Source of the DNA: Chara braunii
Lineage: Eukaryota > Plantae > Charophyceae
Length of the DNA: 64,000 nucleotides
NCBI GenBank assembly: GCA_003427395.1
Contig: BFEA01000020.1
Coordinates: 2,272,747-2,336,746, forward strand
Direction of reading: 5' to 3'
The position numbers were made by a program, and so were the translations under genes. The notes under the pieces are model-generated. The model was not told where the DNA came from. It saw nothing but the letters and a program-made list of their open reading frames with translations, and did not search any database. Of the stretch, positions 63,104 to 64,000 are shown piece after piece (within the stretch, counting starts at the first letter, position 1; each line of letters starts with the position of its first letter).

Positions 63104-64000
63104 TCTCCTTGATTTTCAGTTTTCTTTGAGCATCGTTATGGTAGGGCCATGTTGCTCGCGTAAACGTCGTGCGCACATTGGTTCCGATCACCCTCGTGCT
63201 CGGTGTGGTCATGGTCGTCCTCGTTACCTAAGTGATTGACCTTGTTATCTGCATGGTCGTCGGCATGCTTGTTTATGGAGTGCTTGCGGTTGTCTGTGGT
63301 ACCTGTAGTCACCACCCTGTGTCAGACTTCAAGTGAACCTGGTTGTGTTGACGACCAGGTTCATCGGGCCATTAAGGACGGTCGGAAGGGTGGGGTGGCT
63401 GAGACGCAAATGCTAGCCAAGTGGGAACAATAGGGGGAACAAATTCTCCAGAGTAAGAAGGTGGGGAGGAATGAGAAGAGGATGGAGTGAAGGGACAAAA
63501 GGGATGAACTGAGGAGAAGGTTGAGGAAGACAACGAAAGAGTAGGGAGGCGCAAGCACAACACAAGTATACGCCCGCGCGAGAGAGAGGGAGCCGCGCAC
63601 CATATTTGTTGCTGCTGGTGGTTGTCCCCAAGACGTTCGTCTCCGTTGCAGTGGTGTTCGCGGTCTTCTTTCCGTTGGTCGAAGGCAATCATCCTGGTGG
63701 ACTTGCTGCTTGTTGTTACGATCGTTTTGGTGGTGTTTGTCATCGCATGGTCGTTAGATCGTTCGTCATCATCGAGATCCTGTAGATCGTCGTGTTCATC
63801 GTGACAATTGTGCTCCACGTGAAGGCTGACAACTCTCAAGGTTGAGCGCACACGACTCCTCACATGAGAGGACTCTCAAGACAGAACACACATCCTCACG
63901 GTCATAAGTGTCGAAGAGGGTAGATAAGGTTAGGTGCAACATACCTCAAAATAGCTTCCCCCAACCACAGATATTCTCACCAGATGACCCGATGTTGATT

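Overview
Eukaryotic, almost entirely transposon-derived window with nested insertions. The repeat style and plant-type U6 sequence suggest a streptophyte alga such as Chara; this is inferred, not verified. Ordinary content: three Ty3/Gypsy pol/LTR fragments with chromodomain-type integrase ends (1-3180, 26722-28955, 40020-43127), a near-complete L1/Tx1-type LINE (8018-16860, minus), a second decayed LINE split by a solo LTR, a long-TIR element and tRNA-like heads. The main signal is a family of Gypsy-related elements with TGT(C/T)G...C(G/A)ACA ends and 4-bp target duplications that all have a central CG. Copies: E1 17940-24627; E2, 5' end at 38512; E3 45209-52081 and E4 52086-56533, tail-to-tail inside a gag-protease gene; E5, 3' end at 59527; and the gag-pro host at about 43130-62940. 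No direct LTR pair is visible. The copies share terminal hairpins, two large covarying structured-RNA motifs, a TAAGTT-loop hairpin array, a 13-nt 5'/3' complementarity with a compensatory change, and Pol III-like cassettes built from U6 snRNA (three U6-derived copies). Mechanism is unresolved: LTR-less retroelement, giant solo LTRs or Ginger-like DNA transposon.
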